Source: Candidatus Poseidoniales archaeon (lineage in GTDB: Archaea; Thermoplasmatota; Poseidoniia; Poseidoniales; Poseidoniaceae). Taken from it: a stretch of 64,000 nucleotides of DNA. Positions 45,634 through 54,460 of the stretch are shown piece after piece. The notes below the pieces were generated by a model. It ran no database searches. It was not told the DNA's origin and saw only the letters and a list, made by a program, of their open reading frames with translations. Positions within the stretch are counted from its first letter, which is position 1, and each line of letters opens with the position of its first letter. The translations under genes were made by a program, and so were the position numbers. The DNA is taken from contig QQSA01000078.1 in assembly GCA_003602535.1 (NCBI GenBank), positions 4,405 to 68,404 of the forward strand, in the 5' to 3' direction.

Positions 45634-46946
45634 GCGGAAGTCTACACGATGTCAAGAATGAGATATGGATGAAGACTGTCCTTATCTCTGTAGGACTGAT
45701 TTTCGCTGGAATTACCGCTTACGCAGTATTAGCGGAAGGTGTCGGTTCAGTAAAGCATCACGAGTGGGAAGAAGCTCACCATGATGTCGAAGAAGCAAAA
45801 GCGGAACTAGATGCAATTTCGGTAACTAACGCTTCATCTGAAGACAAAGATGCTGCTTACGATAAGTGGGAAGCTGCTGTAGATGCTGATGTCGATGCAC
45901 ATTTATCTTATCTAACTTGGAGTACAGCTGGAAAAACTATCATGGTTATGTTCATTGTTTATGCTGCATTCTACGGCATCGCAGGGTTCTACAATAGTAT
46001 TCAACCTGAAGAAGAACACCATCATGGTGATGATCACGAAGAACATCACGGTTCGGCATCTCCAATTTTGATGGCCGGCGGTCTCCTTCTATTCATGATG
46101 GGCTTCCCTGGTTTCGTCACCACGTGTAAAGCGTGGCTTGGACTTGACTATACTGCAGATATGTCAGGATTCATGCTGTCGGCAATAGGTTCAGTAATCC
46201 TGATTATTGGAATCGGTAATTGGTGGAATGAAGATCTAAAGGGCCACAAAGAGCAAATTGCTACATCACACCCATTCAAGGGACAAGATATTCGTAAGGC
46301 TGGAATGTGGATTTTCCTAATCTCTGAAACTATGGTTTTCGCATCATTCTTCTCATCTTACCTCAGAATGAGAACCGAATGGTGTACACAGTGGGCTGTA
46401 AACGCTGGAAAGTGTGATGTTGTAGACACATACACAGCTTCTGATTACTTGCGCCCTGGTGGAGCAACAGGTACTGGAGACTTCTGGACTTTGCTTCCTG
46501 GTGGAATAAACACATTCGCATTGATTATCTCTTCATACACCATTGTTCTGGCATTGAAGGCTGCAAAGAATGTCAATTGGGAACCATCAAAGAATAAATT
46601 GATGGCACGCTTATTCCCAACAAGAAAACAAACCGTACGCAATTATCTACTGATTACGTTAGCATTGGGTTCACTGTTCATAGTTTTGAAATTGATTGAA
46701 TGGAGCCACTTAATCGCTGAAGGTTTCACAATCGATAGTCAGGCAGGTTCGATATTCTATGTAGCAACCGGAGCACACGGATTGCACGTATTCATAGGAT
46801 TGCTAGTAATGTTATTCATGGTTTTCAAAGCCGATACTGTTGGCTATGATGAAGAAAATGGCCAAGGAATCGAGTACTTTGGATTGTATTGGCACTTTGT
46901 GGATTTGGCGTGGGTTGCCATCTTCCCAGCATTCTATCTATACTGA
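45630..46946 (+). CDS. coxC: Cytochrome c oxidase subunit III with a ~200-aa N-terminal extension (extra TMs and His-rich loops)
   Basis: The C-terminus FYVATGAHGLHVFIGLLVMLFMV...YFGLYWHFVDLAWVAIFPAFYLY is the canonical CoxIII end. The extension contains HHEWEEAHHD and EEEHHHGDDHEEHHG. Confidence 0.8.
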   Translation: MSGSLHDVKNEIWMKTVLISVGLIFAGITAYAVLAEGVGSVKHHEWEEAHHDVEEAKAELDAISVTNASSEDKDAAYDKWEAAVDADVDAHLSYLTWSTAGKTIMVMFIVYAAFYGIAGFYNSIQPEEEHHHGDDHEEHHGSASPILMAGGLLLFMMGFPGFVTTCKAWLGLDYTADMSGFMLSAIGSVILIIGIGNWWNEDLKGHKEQIATSHPFKGQDIRKAGMWIFLISETMVFASFFSSYLRMRTEWCTQWAVNAGKCDVVDTYTASDYLRPGGATGTGDFWTLLPGGINTFALIISSYTIVLALKAAKNVNWEPSKNKLMARLFPTRKQTVRNYLLITLALGSLFIVLKLIEWSHLIAEGFTIDSQAGSIFYVATGAHGLHVFIGLLVMLFMVFKADTVGYDEENGQGIEYFGLYWHFVDLAWVAIFPAFYLY

Positions 46947-46955
46947 GGCGATAAC

Positions 46956-47360
46956 ATGGGCGAAGACAAGTATACAGGACCAATTGCAGGATTATTCCAG
47001 AAAATGGCAGATATGATTGGAAAGGATGTTTACTACGTAAATTTCCTAGTTCTGATGTTCTTTACATTATTCGAAATCGCAGCGGTATTCTTTGAAACCG
47101 TGCCAGGAACCGATATCGAAATTACTAGAGATGCTGTTTGGGGCATTCTCATCGTTGTTGGAATCATCAAGGGTTACGGAATAGCTGCATTCTTCATGCA
47201 CTTGAAAGGAGATCCATTCATTTACACAAGAACGGCACTTTTCCCTGTTCTTTTCGCTGCATTGATGCTATGGGGTATCGGTTTATCCAACCCGGATGGA
47301 ATTGATGCATTGCCATCTTGGTGTACACCAAATTATGACTACTCATATGTTACCGAATGA
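46956..47360 (+). CDS. coxD: Small membrane subunit of the oxidase operon, prokaryotic CoxIV-like
   Basis: 134 aa with 3 TMs and the FMHLK box (GYGIAAFFMHLKGD) typical of bacterial/archaeal subunit IV-like proteins. It sits directly after coxC. Confidence 0.55.
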   Translation: MGEDKYTGPIAGLFQKMADMIGKDVYYVNFLVLMFFTLFEIAAVFFETVPGTDIEITRDAVWGILIVVGIIKGYGIAAFFMHLKGDPFIYTRTALFPVLFAALMLWGIGLSNPDGIDALPSWCTPNYDYSYVTE

Positions 47361-47418
47361 GTATTCATTATGAATATCTATCAAAAGTATTGATTAATGA
47401 GTCCCTAAACGGGGAACC

Positions 47419-49167
47419 ATGCGCTTTTTTGCTGCACTCATTGTGACTTTGCTCTGTGTTTCAACAATTCCTGCAACTACCGCTGGTGGCGATGGAGTTC
47501 ACTGGAATGGATATAATCTGGATAGAGAATCTGTTCAAAATAGTGTATTAATTGATCAAGATGGAAATAATTACGCACTACATACTGGAAGTGCTGATGT
47601 CAATGTAGTTGCTTTCATATTCACTACTTGTGTTGACGTATGCCCTGTAATTACCAGCAATCTGGTAGCTGCTGAATCAAAATTAGATGATGTCGATTAT
47701 CAATTCATCTCAATCACAGTAGACCCTGCAACAGATACGCCTGAAGTTCTGAAAGAGTATACCGATGAATTTGATGTTGATTGGCCTCACTTAACAGGAG
47801 ATATATCTGATTTAGAAGAGGTATGGTCAGATTTTCAAATCGCTGTAGAAACTGAAGTTATTGAAACAGATGACCATAATCATGACGTGGAGACTCCAAA
47901 AATCGTTCCTGAAGACTATTCAACGGTTACTGTAGTTGATTCTAGTGAAAACGCTGACTTGTTTTTCGTTGAGCCAAACGGATGGGACCAGCTGACTGCT
48001 GCAGAATACCAAAACAATTGGACGATTAACGCCAGTGAAAGTCAATGGGGTCATTACATTACTGGAGTAAATGGTGATGATTCTCCAAGTGATTATTCAT
48101 GGTGGTGGGAATTACATGTATGGAATATGTCTACTAATGCATGGGAAGAGAGTAATGTTGGAATTGATTCTGTCGATGTTGGCCAACTTGCGCTTGCCCC
48201 AAATACAACCGATGATACATTGATTCCAATTCCAGATATGGAAAATGATACATTCGTCATAGTTCAATCTGATGGGCAAAATGATTCTTCAGTGTTAAGT
48301 GAGATATCTGCTTGGCATTTGACCCTAGCTGCATTGGATTCATTCGATGCACCCTCTTCATCATTTGGCCACTACATGTCCTCGATCGATAATTTAAGTG
48401 CCCCTAGTGATTACTCATGGTGGTGGCAACTCCATTACTGGAATTTTACAAGTAATTCTTGGGAAGAAAGCCAGTATGGGATGGATAATCTATACAATCA
48501 AACCCATATTGCTTGGGCACCAAATAGTACATCTGATTCATTGATTCCTGTACCTGAATTTGAAGTTATGACTCACAAATTAGGAGTTGTATATCCAGGA
48601 GGAGATACTGCAATGTATACTGGTAATTATACCAGAATAGAGATGGTAAATGCGATGGAGCATTCGATTTACACTCTAGATCAAAGTGATTCAAATTACG
48701 TCATGGAAGGAGATTCGGCAATATCCATTGATGGTAATGATGGTGATTACAATCTATACATTTGGCATGAAATGGGAGAATATAGCCATTGGATGTCAAC
48801 ATCCGATAGCAGCTTTGAAAGCTATCTTGTAGATGATTACAATCACTATGCATGGGTTGCTAATGGAGAAGATGCTTCAAGCCTCCCTAATCCTGAGATG
48901 GAAGAGAGCCATAATGACAATCAAACAACAACATCAACATCTCATTCGACACAAACATTCATTCTCGATGAAGATTGGAAACCAATAGTAGTATTCTTAG
49001 GATATGATTGGAATGTTGATGATTTCGTTGAAGATGTTGAAAGGGCCGCAAATAGTGTGAGTAATCCTAGCAGTGATGATGACGATTCCGGATTACCGGG
49101 TTTCACCTTTGTAACTGTGGCAACAGGACTTGGTCTAGCGATTATCGCTAACAGTAGGGAAGAGTAG
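47419..49167 (+). CDS. SCO1/SenC copper-chaperone domain fused to an acidic Trp-rich tandem-repeat region, with a C-terminal PGF-CTERM sorting signal
   Basis: Signal peptide. VNVVAFIFTTCVDVCPVITSNL is the thioredoxin-like CxxxCP Cu site of Sco. Two ~95-aa repeats are present (GHY..SPSDYSWWW(E/Q)LH.WN.(S/T).N.WEES..G(I/M)D...APN(T/S)T(D/S)D(T/S)LIP(I/V)P(D/E)(M/F)E). C-terminus is DSGLPGFTFVTVATGLGLAIIANSREE. Confidence 0.7.
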   Translation: MRFFAALIVTLLCVSTIPATTAGGDGVHWNGYNLDRESVQNSVLIDQDGNNYALHTGSADVNVVAFIFTTCVDVCPVITSNLVAAESKLDDVDYQFISITVDPATDTPEVLKEYTDEFDVDWPHLTGDISDLEEVWSDFQIAVETEVIETDDHNHDVETPKIVPEDYSTVTVVDSSENADLFFVEPNGWDQLTAAEYQNNWTINASESQWGHYITGVNGDDSPSDYSWWWELHVWNMSTNAWEESNVGIDSVDVGQLALAPNTTDDTLIPIPDMENDTFVIVQSDGQNDSSVLSEISAWHLTLAALDSFDAPSSSFGHYMSSIDNLSAPSDYSWWWQLHYWNFTSNSWEESQYGMDNLYNQTHIAWAPNSTSDSLIPVPEFEVMTHKLGVVYPGGDTAMYTGNYTRIEMVNAMEHSIYTLDQSDSNYVMEGDSAISIDGNDGDYNLYIWHEMGEYSHWMSTSDSSFESYLVDDYNHYAWVANGEDASSLPNPEMEESHNDNQTTTSTSHSTQTFILDEDWKPIVVFLGYDWNVDDFVEDVERAANSVSNPSSDDDDSGLPGFTFVTVATGLGLAIIANSREE

Positions 49168-49210
49168 TCTAAGATAGATTATTGAAAGAAAGGCCCCACC
49201 GGCAAAACAA

Positions 49211-49293
49211 GCGGAGATCGCATAGCCTGGTATTGCGGTGGACTTGAAATCCACTGTCCCTCGGACACGGGAGTTCGAATCTCTCTCTCCGCG
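49211..49293 (+). tRNA. tRNA-Ser (anticodon UGA), class II with a long variable arm. No encoded CCA.
   Basis: Manual fold: acceptor GCGGAGA/TCTCCGC. Anticodon arm GTGGA-CTTGAAA-TCCAC, giving anticodon TGA. Long variable arm GTCCCTCGGACACGGG. T-arm GGGAG-TTCGAAT-CTCTC. Discriminator G. Confidence 0.8.
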
Positions 49294-49363
49294 CTTAACT
49301 ATCATTACCTATTGTATCTCTGAGATGAAAGGGTTCAACAACTCAAGCCACCGTAGGTGGTTC

Positions 49364-50743
49364 ATGTCCCGCACATATGCACGGCTGGCGTTGCCGCTGG
49401 TTCTTCTTATGTTCATGGCAGGATGTATTTACTCCTCGACTCCTGAATGGGGTACAGGTGATGGGGAAGTACATGTCGAAATCGATGACGAAGATAAAAC
49501 TGCTACAATTAAATCACAGTTAGGAAATGGATTTGACAAAACTGTAACCTTACAATGCGATGCAAAGGAGTTTACTATCACTGGAATGATTATTTCATCA
49601 CAGATTTATGATTCTCATCCAGATATCGAAGAAGGAGATATTGATTCGGCCATGGGTGCGTCCGTAATTATCCATAAGATGAGTTGGAGTCAAGCTGAGG
49701 GCGTAGAAGAAGGCAGTGCGGAACGAGTCAAAATCAAGGAATGGACATCTCCACTGGATCCTGTAGAAGATGGGGGATTAAGTAAGGTCGATGAAAATTC
49801 AGAAGATTGGGAAGTTATCGGAGTTATCCCTGGTTCAGAAAATATAGCTGATGGGCTGAATGTTCTCGAGCATTGGCATCAGCCAATCAAAATATCAGGA
49901 TATATGGTCCCTGTAGATCAGGCTGGCACAATAGGTCCAGGCCCAGATTGCGAATTAGAAGAGCAAGGCCACGGGATGATTGTTACCAAAATCAAAACCG
50001 GAGAAGGTGTCGTCAGCATGGACGGGGAAGACGATGATGAGTATTCATTAGGAGATACCGATTTATTCGGAGGATGGACGTTCATCCTATTCTTCTTGAT
50101 TGTTGGAGTAGGCGGAGGTATTGGTCTATTCATGGTATCAACAATGGTAATTCGACAAGGGGCAAGAGCAACCGCTGAAGCTTTGCTTGGAAGAGAAGGT
50201 TTTGCTAAAGCTATACAAATGAAAAAGGATGTGAAATCATCGAAAAAGGCCGGTCTTGAAAGTGCATCTGATCGTGCTGCTAAACAAAGGGCTAGTACGC
50301 CACCACCGAAAAAGGAAAAGCGAGAAGAAGTTGAAATTTCGGGCTTCAACCTTGATAGTGTGCTATCGGCATCAGGTAATGATGATGAAGGCCCGTCTAA
50401 ATTTGGAGGCGGGGGCTCTGTTGTCGTCACTAATGAAGCTAAACAAATACAGTCTCAACCAGTGGTAACTTCTGCACCGGTGAAAATCGATAATACGCCT
50501 ATGCCGTCATCAAATGTAACCTCTAGTCGACCTGAACCTGAAAAGAGAGGTCACTTCTCAGCATCGATGTCGAGTTCAAGAATTTCTTCGAAGCCAAGTT
50601 CTGAAAAACCTGTTAACAAGCCAGTAAAGAGACGAGCGGTCAAGAAGCGTGCGGCGAAGTCTGCGCCTGAACCTGAGCCTGAAGTGCAAGAGCGACGTGC
50701 ATCTGTTTCTGATGATGAAGAGTTTAGTGACTTCTCATTCTGA
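49364..50743 (+). CDS. Hypothetical membrane lipoprotein-like protein with an extracytoplasmic domain, one TM and a long Lys/Ser/Pro-rich disordered C-terminal tail. The ORF-track start 49238 lies inside the tRNA.
   Basis: MSRTYARLALPLVLLMFMAGC is a signal peptide with a lipobox-like Cys. TM: WTFILFFLIVGVGGGIGLFMV. The tail is rich in K, S and P with EPEPE. Confidence 0.45.
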   Translation: MSRTYARLALPLVLLMFMAGCIYSSTPEWGTGDGEVHVEIDDEDKTATIKSQLGNGFDKTVTLQCDAKEFTITGMIISSQIYDSHPDIEEGDIDSAMGASVIIHKMSWSQAEGVEEGSAERVKIKEWTSPLDPVEDGGLSKVDENSEDWEVIGVIPGSENIADGLNVLEHWHQPIKISGYMVPVDQAGTIGPGPDCELEEQGHGMIVTKIKTGEGVVSMDGEDDDEYSLGDTDLFGGWTFILFFLIVGVGGGIGLFMVSTMVIRQGARATAEALLGREGFAKAIQMKKDVKSSKKAGLESASDRAAKQRASTPPPKKEKREEVEISGFNLDSVLSASGNDDEGPSKFGGGGSVVVTNEAKQIQSQPVVTSAPVKIDNTPMPSSNVTSSRPEPEKRGHFSASMSSSRISSKPSSEKPVNKPVKRRAVKKRAAKSAPEPEPEVQERRASVSDDEEFSDFSF

Positions 50744-51793
50744 GGCCCAGGCAACATCTGAAGAGCCTCTAACAAGTAATTGCTCAGTGTGCCATTCCAG
50801 AGTGGCAGGGCTCACGATTACTGGCTCACCATCCGCTTGAACCCAAGTGGAATTTTTCAGCGGTACTTCGCTAATGCTTCCATCAGAATTTACTGGTTTA
50901 ATTTCAATTCTGTTCGCTTTTTGTTGTGTAATCCCCCATTTTCCAATATGTTTTCCTTTCTTCATTGGACCCATCAATGAGAGCATTGCAATTCTCGAAA
51001 GCCTTGGAGCATAAACAATACTTCCATTTTTGTCTACAGGTGATACTCCGGGGCATACTTGGTATCCTCCGCCAAAGGTTTCTCCTGTTGTAGCAGCAAA
51101 CATGGTGAAATCAAGTATCTCACCATCATTATCATCTAGTTTTAGCCAAACCTTTCTTCGCTTCCAGAAAGGAATCGTAGTAACACCAAGATAGGTGTAT
51201 TTTTTGCTACCCTTTATCCATTTGGCCCGGTGTAGTTTAGCTCTAGAAATTGCACTTGTAATTCCAGCATCCGATTCTAAGAAAACCCATCTTACAACCC
51301 GTCCCTCCTGTGATGCTGGGCCATCCCAGACATTTGGTTTGGGAGAGGGGTAATCACCTGCTTGAGATGCTGGGAAACCTTCCAGTCTCCATGCTGCACA
51401 TTTACGATCTTTTCCATTCACTAATACATCGATAGCTGAATCGATATTTTTGCGAGATATTCCTTGAGTAATTGCGTAATCATTTCCTGAGCCAAATGGC
51501 AGAATCCCCATGACTAAGTCGCCGCCTCTAAGTGCACTAGCAACCTCATGAACCGTACCATCTCCTCCAACTGCTACTACCATTCCATCCACTTTCTCAT
51601 TCCTTAATTTCCATGCTATTTCCCCAGCATGACCTACACGTGTTGTCATGTGCGTAATTACTTGGAATCCGCGCTCTTCTAATTTCGACGCTACTTTAGG
51701 CCACTTTTTGCCACAAGTATGGTCTCTGCTGGCCGGATTAACGATGCAGTGTAGTGGTCCCATAGTTGTACTAGAACAAGTTGAAGCACTCAA
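50735..51793 (-). CDS. Lipid kinase of the diacylglycerol-kinase catalytic-domain family (YegS/BmrU/sphingosine-kinase-like)
   Basis: LHCIVNPASRD...VAVGGDGTVHEVASAL...MGILPFGSGNDYA matches the DAGK_cat motifs (NP.SG; GGDGT; G(I/L)(I/L)P.GSGND.A). Confidence 0.75.
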   Translation of the reverse strand: MSASTCSSTTMGPLHCIVNPASRDHTCGKKWPKVASKLEERGFQVITHMTTRVGHAGEIAWKLRNEKVDGMVVAVGGDGTVHEVASALRGGDLVMGILPFGSGNDYAITQGISRKNIDSAIDVLVNGKDRKCAAWRLEGFPASQAGDYPSPKPNVWDGPASQEGRVVRWVFLESDAGITSAISRAKLHRAKWIKGSKKYTYLGVTTIPFWKRRKVWLKLDDNDGEILDFTMFAATTGETFGGGYQVCPGVSPVDKNGSIVYAPRLSRIAMLSLMGPMKKGKHIGKWGITQQKANRIEIKPVNSDGSISEVPLKNSTWVQADGEPVIVSPATLEWHTEQLLVRGSSDVAWASE

Positions 51794-51847
51794 ACCTTTG
51801 TTGAAACAAGCGATGGTCTCATGTCTGATGCCTAATCAGCAAGCAAC

Positions 51848-52849
51848 ATGACTTGGAGCGCGGAGCAGTGTGAGCACATGCGTCGCGCTCTAGAAGTTGC
51901 TGAAAAAGGCAGGGGGCGTGTGCGACCAAATCCTTTGGTTGGATGTGTTTTAGTCAAAGACGGAGTGGTTATTGCCGAAGGGTGGCATGACCACTTAGGC
52001 GGGTTACATGCTGAACAGATGGCCATACATGATGCAGAAGAAAAAGGGCACAATACAAATGGAGCAATTGCATATATCACCTTAGAGCCATGTAATCACT
52101 TCGGACGCACTCCTCCGTGCACTGAAGCACTATTATGGGCAGGAATAAGTGAAGTCATTGTTGCTCACAAAGACCCAAACCCTCTGGTGCGAGGCGATGG
52201 GATTTCAGTTTTGAAAGAGGCCGGAATTAAGGTTGAAAACGGGCTTCTTGAAGCTGAGGCTGCCATTCAGATGAGAGAGTTTCTGCATTGGTGTAAATAT
52301 CGCAGGCCATTTGTTACTGTCAAAATAGCTACCGATGCGAATGGTTCTGTCGATGACTTGTCTGAAGAGGCAGGCAGATTTACTAGCGAAGATTGTTTGA
52401 TCAAAGTTCACGAATTACGCAAGGATTGTGGGGCAATTCTTGTCGGCTCTAATACGGTAATTCGTGATGACCCATCTCTTACTGTTCGTCTTGTCGAAAC
52501 AGATAGACAACCGTTACGGGTTGTCATCGATCCTAATAATCGAATCCCTGCAGATTCGAAAATTCTGAATGACGGATTTGGCACCCGGCATCTTAGTGAT
52601 GATTTTAGAGGCCTAGATGCGATGCTTGACATGTTAGGTGACTTGGAGATTCAGAGATTGCTGGTTGAAGGTGGCCCTACTACAATCAATCACTTCTTGC
52701 AACAGAATTTGGTTGATGAATTCATCCTGGTCGAATCTGATGTTCAGCATTCTATCCCAGTAATTGCCGATTTTGATTTGTCATCTAGGTTTAGTAACAA
52801 GACTCAAACAAATTGGGGTAGTGAATCTGTAACAATATACTCGAGGTGA
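51848..52849 (+). CDS. ribD: Bifunctional riboflavin biosynthesis protein RibD (pyrimidine deaminase + reductase)
   Basis: Deaminase: NPLVGCVLVKDGVVIAEGWH...HAEQMAI...TLEPCNHFGRTPPC. Reductase: RPFVTVKIATDANGSV; LLVEGGPTTINHFL. Confidence 0.85.
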   Translation: MTWSAEQCEHMRRALEVAEKGRGRVRPNPLVGCVLVKDGVVIAEGWHDHLGGLHAEQMAIHDAEEKGHNTNGAIAYITLEPCNHFGRTPPCTEALLWAGISEVIVAHKDPNPLVRGDGISVLKEAGIKVENGLLEAEAAIQMREFLHWCKYRRPFVTVKIATDANGSVDDLSEEAGRFTSEDCLIKVHELRKDCGAILVGSNTVIRDDPSLTVRLVETDRQPLRVVIDPNNRIPADSKILNDGFGTRHLSDDFRGLDAMLDMLGDLEIQRLLVEGGPTTINHFLQQNLVDEFILVESDVQHSIPVIADFDLSSRFSNKTQTNWGSESVTIYSR

Positions 52850-52853
52850 TATA

Positions 52854-53885
52854 TTGCAATCCAACGGTAATACTACGGTTATTGCATTACGCGGGTGGCA
52901 CCCCGCACTATCTAGAGCAGAAGCAAAGGCAATGTTTCCTGAATGTGATTTAGAACGTACAGAAGCTCGCAGATTGATAACAACCAATGGTTCAAGCGAT
53001 TGGACCAGGTCTAGCCTAATGTCTGGTTGTGAGTGTGTATTAATAGAAGGCGGCATTACAAAATGGACCTCTATTGAGGATCTATTACAGTTAATCGATT
53101 ACAAGCAGATGGATGAAATGGCTGTCGAATGTTGGAGGCATGAAGGTAAATTACCTGTTTCGACCAAAGATATTGAGATGCAAGTGGGCGGTATGTTCCA
53201 TGATAAAGGATCTACATTCAATCTCAAGAATCCAAAGCATAGATTTGGAGTTGTTTTGGATGCATCAGCTGAATATGTTGCCTGGGGTTGGATGATTGGA
53301 GCCGGTCCAGGAAAGCATGGTTGGTCAGCCATGCGCGCAAATAAGCGCCCATTTTTCCGTCCAGTTAGTCTTGAACCTAGATTAGCAAGAGCTGCAGTAA
53401 ACATCGCTGCAGGCATTAGTGGAGGTTATGTTGTTGACCCGATGTGTGGAACTGGTGGCATTTTAATCGAATCAGCGATTACAGGGAGAAAGACTCTCGG
53501 GATTGATTTCGATCCGGTAATGGTAGACGGGACCAAAGAAAATTTGCAATGGGCCGGAGTTTCTGCTGAGGTAAAAAGAGAGGATGCAACTCGATTTCAA
53601 TTGCCAAATAATATCGCAGCAATAGTTGTTGACCCCCCATATGGTCGAAATTCAATAGGCGATGAGAAACTCTTAGAGGACATGTTGCAAAATATTTCTC
53701 GTCAAACTGATGAGTGTAGTTTGGTGGTGATTTTACCTTGCGAGGCAGGGAATGATAATCTCGATGAATCTATCGATTTTGAGTTTGATTTACCTGGCTT
53801 TACAATCGAGCAAACATTTGGTATTCCAGTTCACAAGTCGCTTGGAAGAGTGTTGATTATCGCTTCAATTTCTCCTCAAGGTTGA
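52854..53885 (+). CDS. SAM-dependent tRNA (guanine-N2)-methyltransferase-like protein (Trm11/TrmG10-type, DPPYG motif)
   Basis: VVDPMCGTGGILIESAITGRKTLGIDFD is motif I. AIVVDPPYGRNS is the N-methyltransferase (D/N)PPY motif. A THUMP-like N-terminal region is present. Confidence 0.55.
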   Translation: MQSNGNTTVIALRGWHPALSRAEAKAMFPECDLERTEARRLITTNGSSDWTRSSLMSGCECVLIEGGITKWTSIEDLLQLIDYKQMDEMAVECWRHEGKLPVSTKDIEMQVGGMFHDKGSTFNLKNPKHRFGVVLDASAEYVAWGWMIGAGPGKHGWSAMRANKRPFFRPVSLEPRLARAAVNIAAGISGGYVVDPMCGTGGILIESAITGRKTLGIDFDPVMVDGTKENLQWAGVSAEVKREDATRFQLPNNIAAIVVDPPYGRNSIGDEKLLEDMLQNISRQTDECSLVVILPCEAGNDNLDESIDFEFDLPGFTIEQTFGIPVHKSLGRVLIIASISPQG

Positions 53886-54339
53886 GCAAAATGTGCGCGT
53901 CATCCTCTCCTGGTTCATCGAAGGATTCTGTATACGGACATAAATCGTCTAAGATTGCCAAGTCCTCTTCATTGAGTATTACAGGGTAGGTTTTGCAACC
54001 AAGAGGTCTACTATCGTATACAGAACAAATTCCCGGTGCTGATGGAAGATCTGAACTTGTAGCCAAAAAAACGCATGCCCTAGTATCTTGATTATTCAGT
54101 AGTCTTCGAATTCCGTTCTCATCTTTACTACAGAATTGGTCTTCGGCCATACCGGTTCTTCTTGTTAAACGACTAGCCTCTACTGCAGTAATTGGCATTA
54201 CTGTCTCACGACAACACATGCTACAACCCTTACTTACGCAGGGAGATGCGCCGCTCATAAACAGTCCACCCACTCTAAGCACTTCATAAGCGCGAGGGTG
54301 TGATTCAAGAAGGGGAGGCTTTTCGGCAGGTTGGGGCAA
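53857..54339 (-). CDS. YkgJ/UPF0153-family Cys-cluster (putative Fe-S/Zn) protein
   Basis: CVSKGCSMCC...CVFL...CSVYDSRPLGCKTYP matches the YkgJ CxxxGCxxCC ... C...Y..RP..CR.YP pattern. Confidence 0.5.
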   Translation of the reverse strand: MPQPAEKPPLLESHPRAYEVLRVGGLFMSGASPCVSKGCSMCCRETVMPITAVEASRLTRRTGMAEDQFCSKDENGIRRLLNNQDTRACVFLATSSDLPSAPGICSVYDSRPLGCKTYPVILNEEDLAILDDLCPYTESFDEPGEDDAHILLNLEEKLKR

Positions 54340-54407
54340 TTAGGGTAGTCTGGATATCCTTTCGGCCTTCGGAGCCGAAGACGTGGGTTCGAATCCTGCA
54401 TTGCCCG
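54334..54407 (+). tRNA. Probable tRNA-Arg (anticodon UCG); the fold is slightly irregular
   Basis: Acceptor GGGCAAT/ATTGCCC with discriminator G. D-arm GGGT-AGTCTGGAT-ATCC. Anticodon stem-loop TCGGC-CTTCGGA-GCCGA, with U33, anticodon TCG and purine 37. T-loop GGTTCGAATCC, but the T-stem has two G:U pairs and the position-26 region has 2 nt. Confidence 0.55.
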
Positions 54408-54460
54408 CTTTCCTAAAATCGAGCCGTGAGGCTCAAGTGTATCCTATGTCAGCCCCTTAC

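Noticed and set aside
49238-49363. ORF-track start for the 49238..50743 gene
   Set aside because: It runs through tRNA-Ser (49211-49293). The signal-peptide-like start MSRTYARLALPLVLL at 49364 is preferred.
54383-54460. ORF-track start for fen1
   Set aside because: It overlaps the tRNA-like element. The FEN1 family N-terminus (MG..L.DL) begins at 54461.
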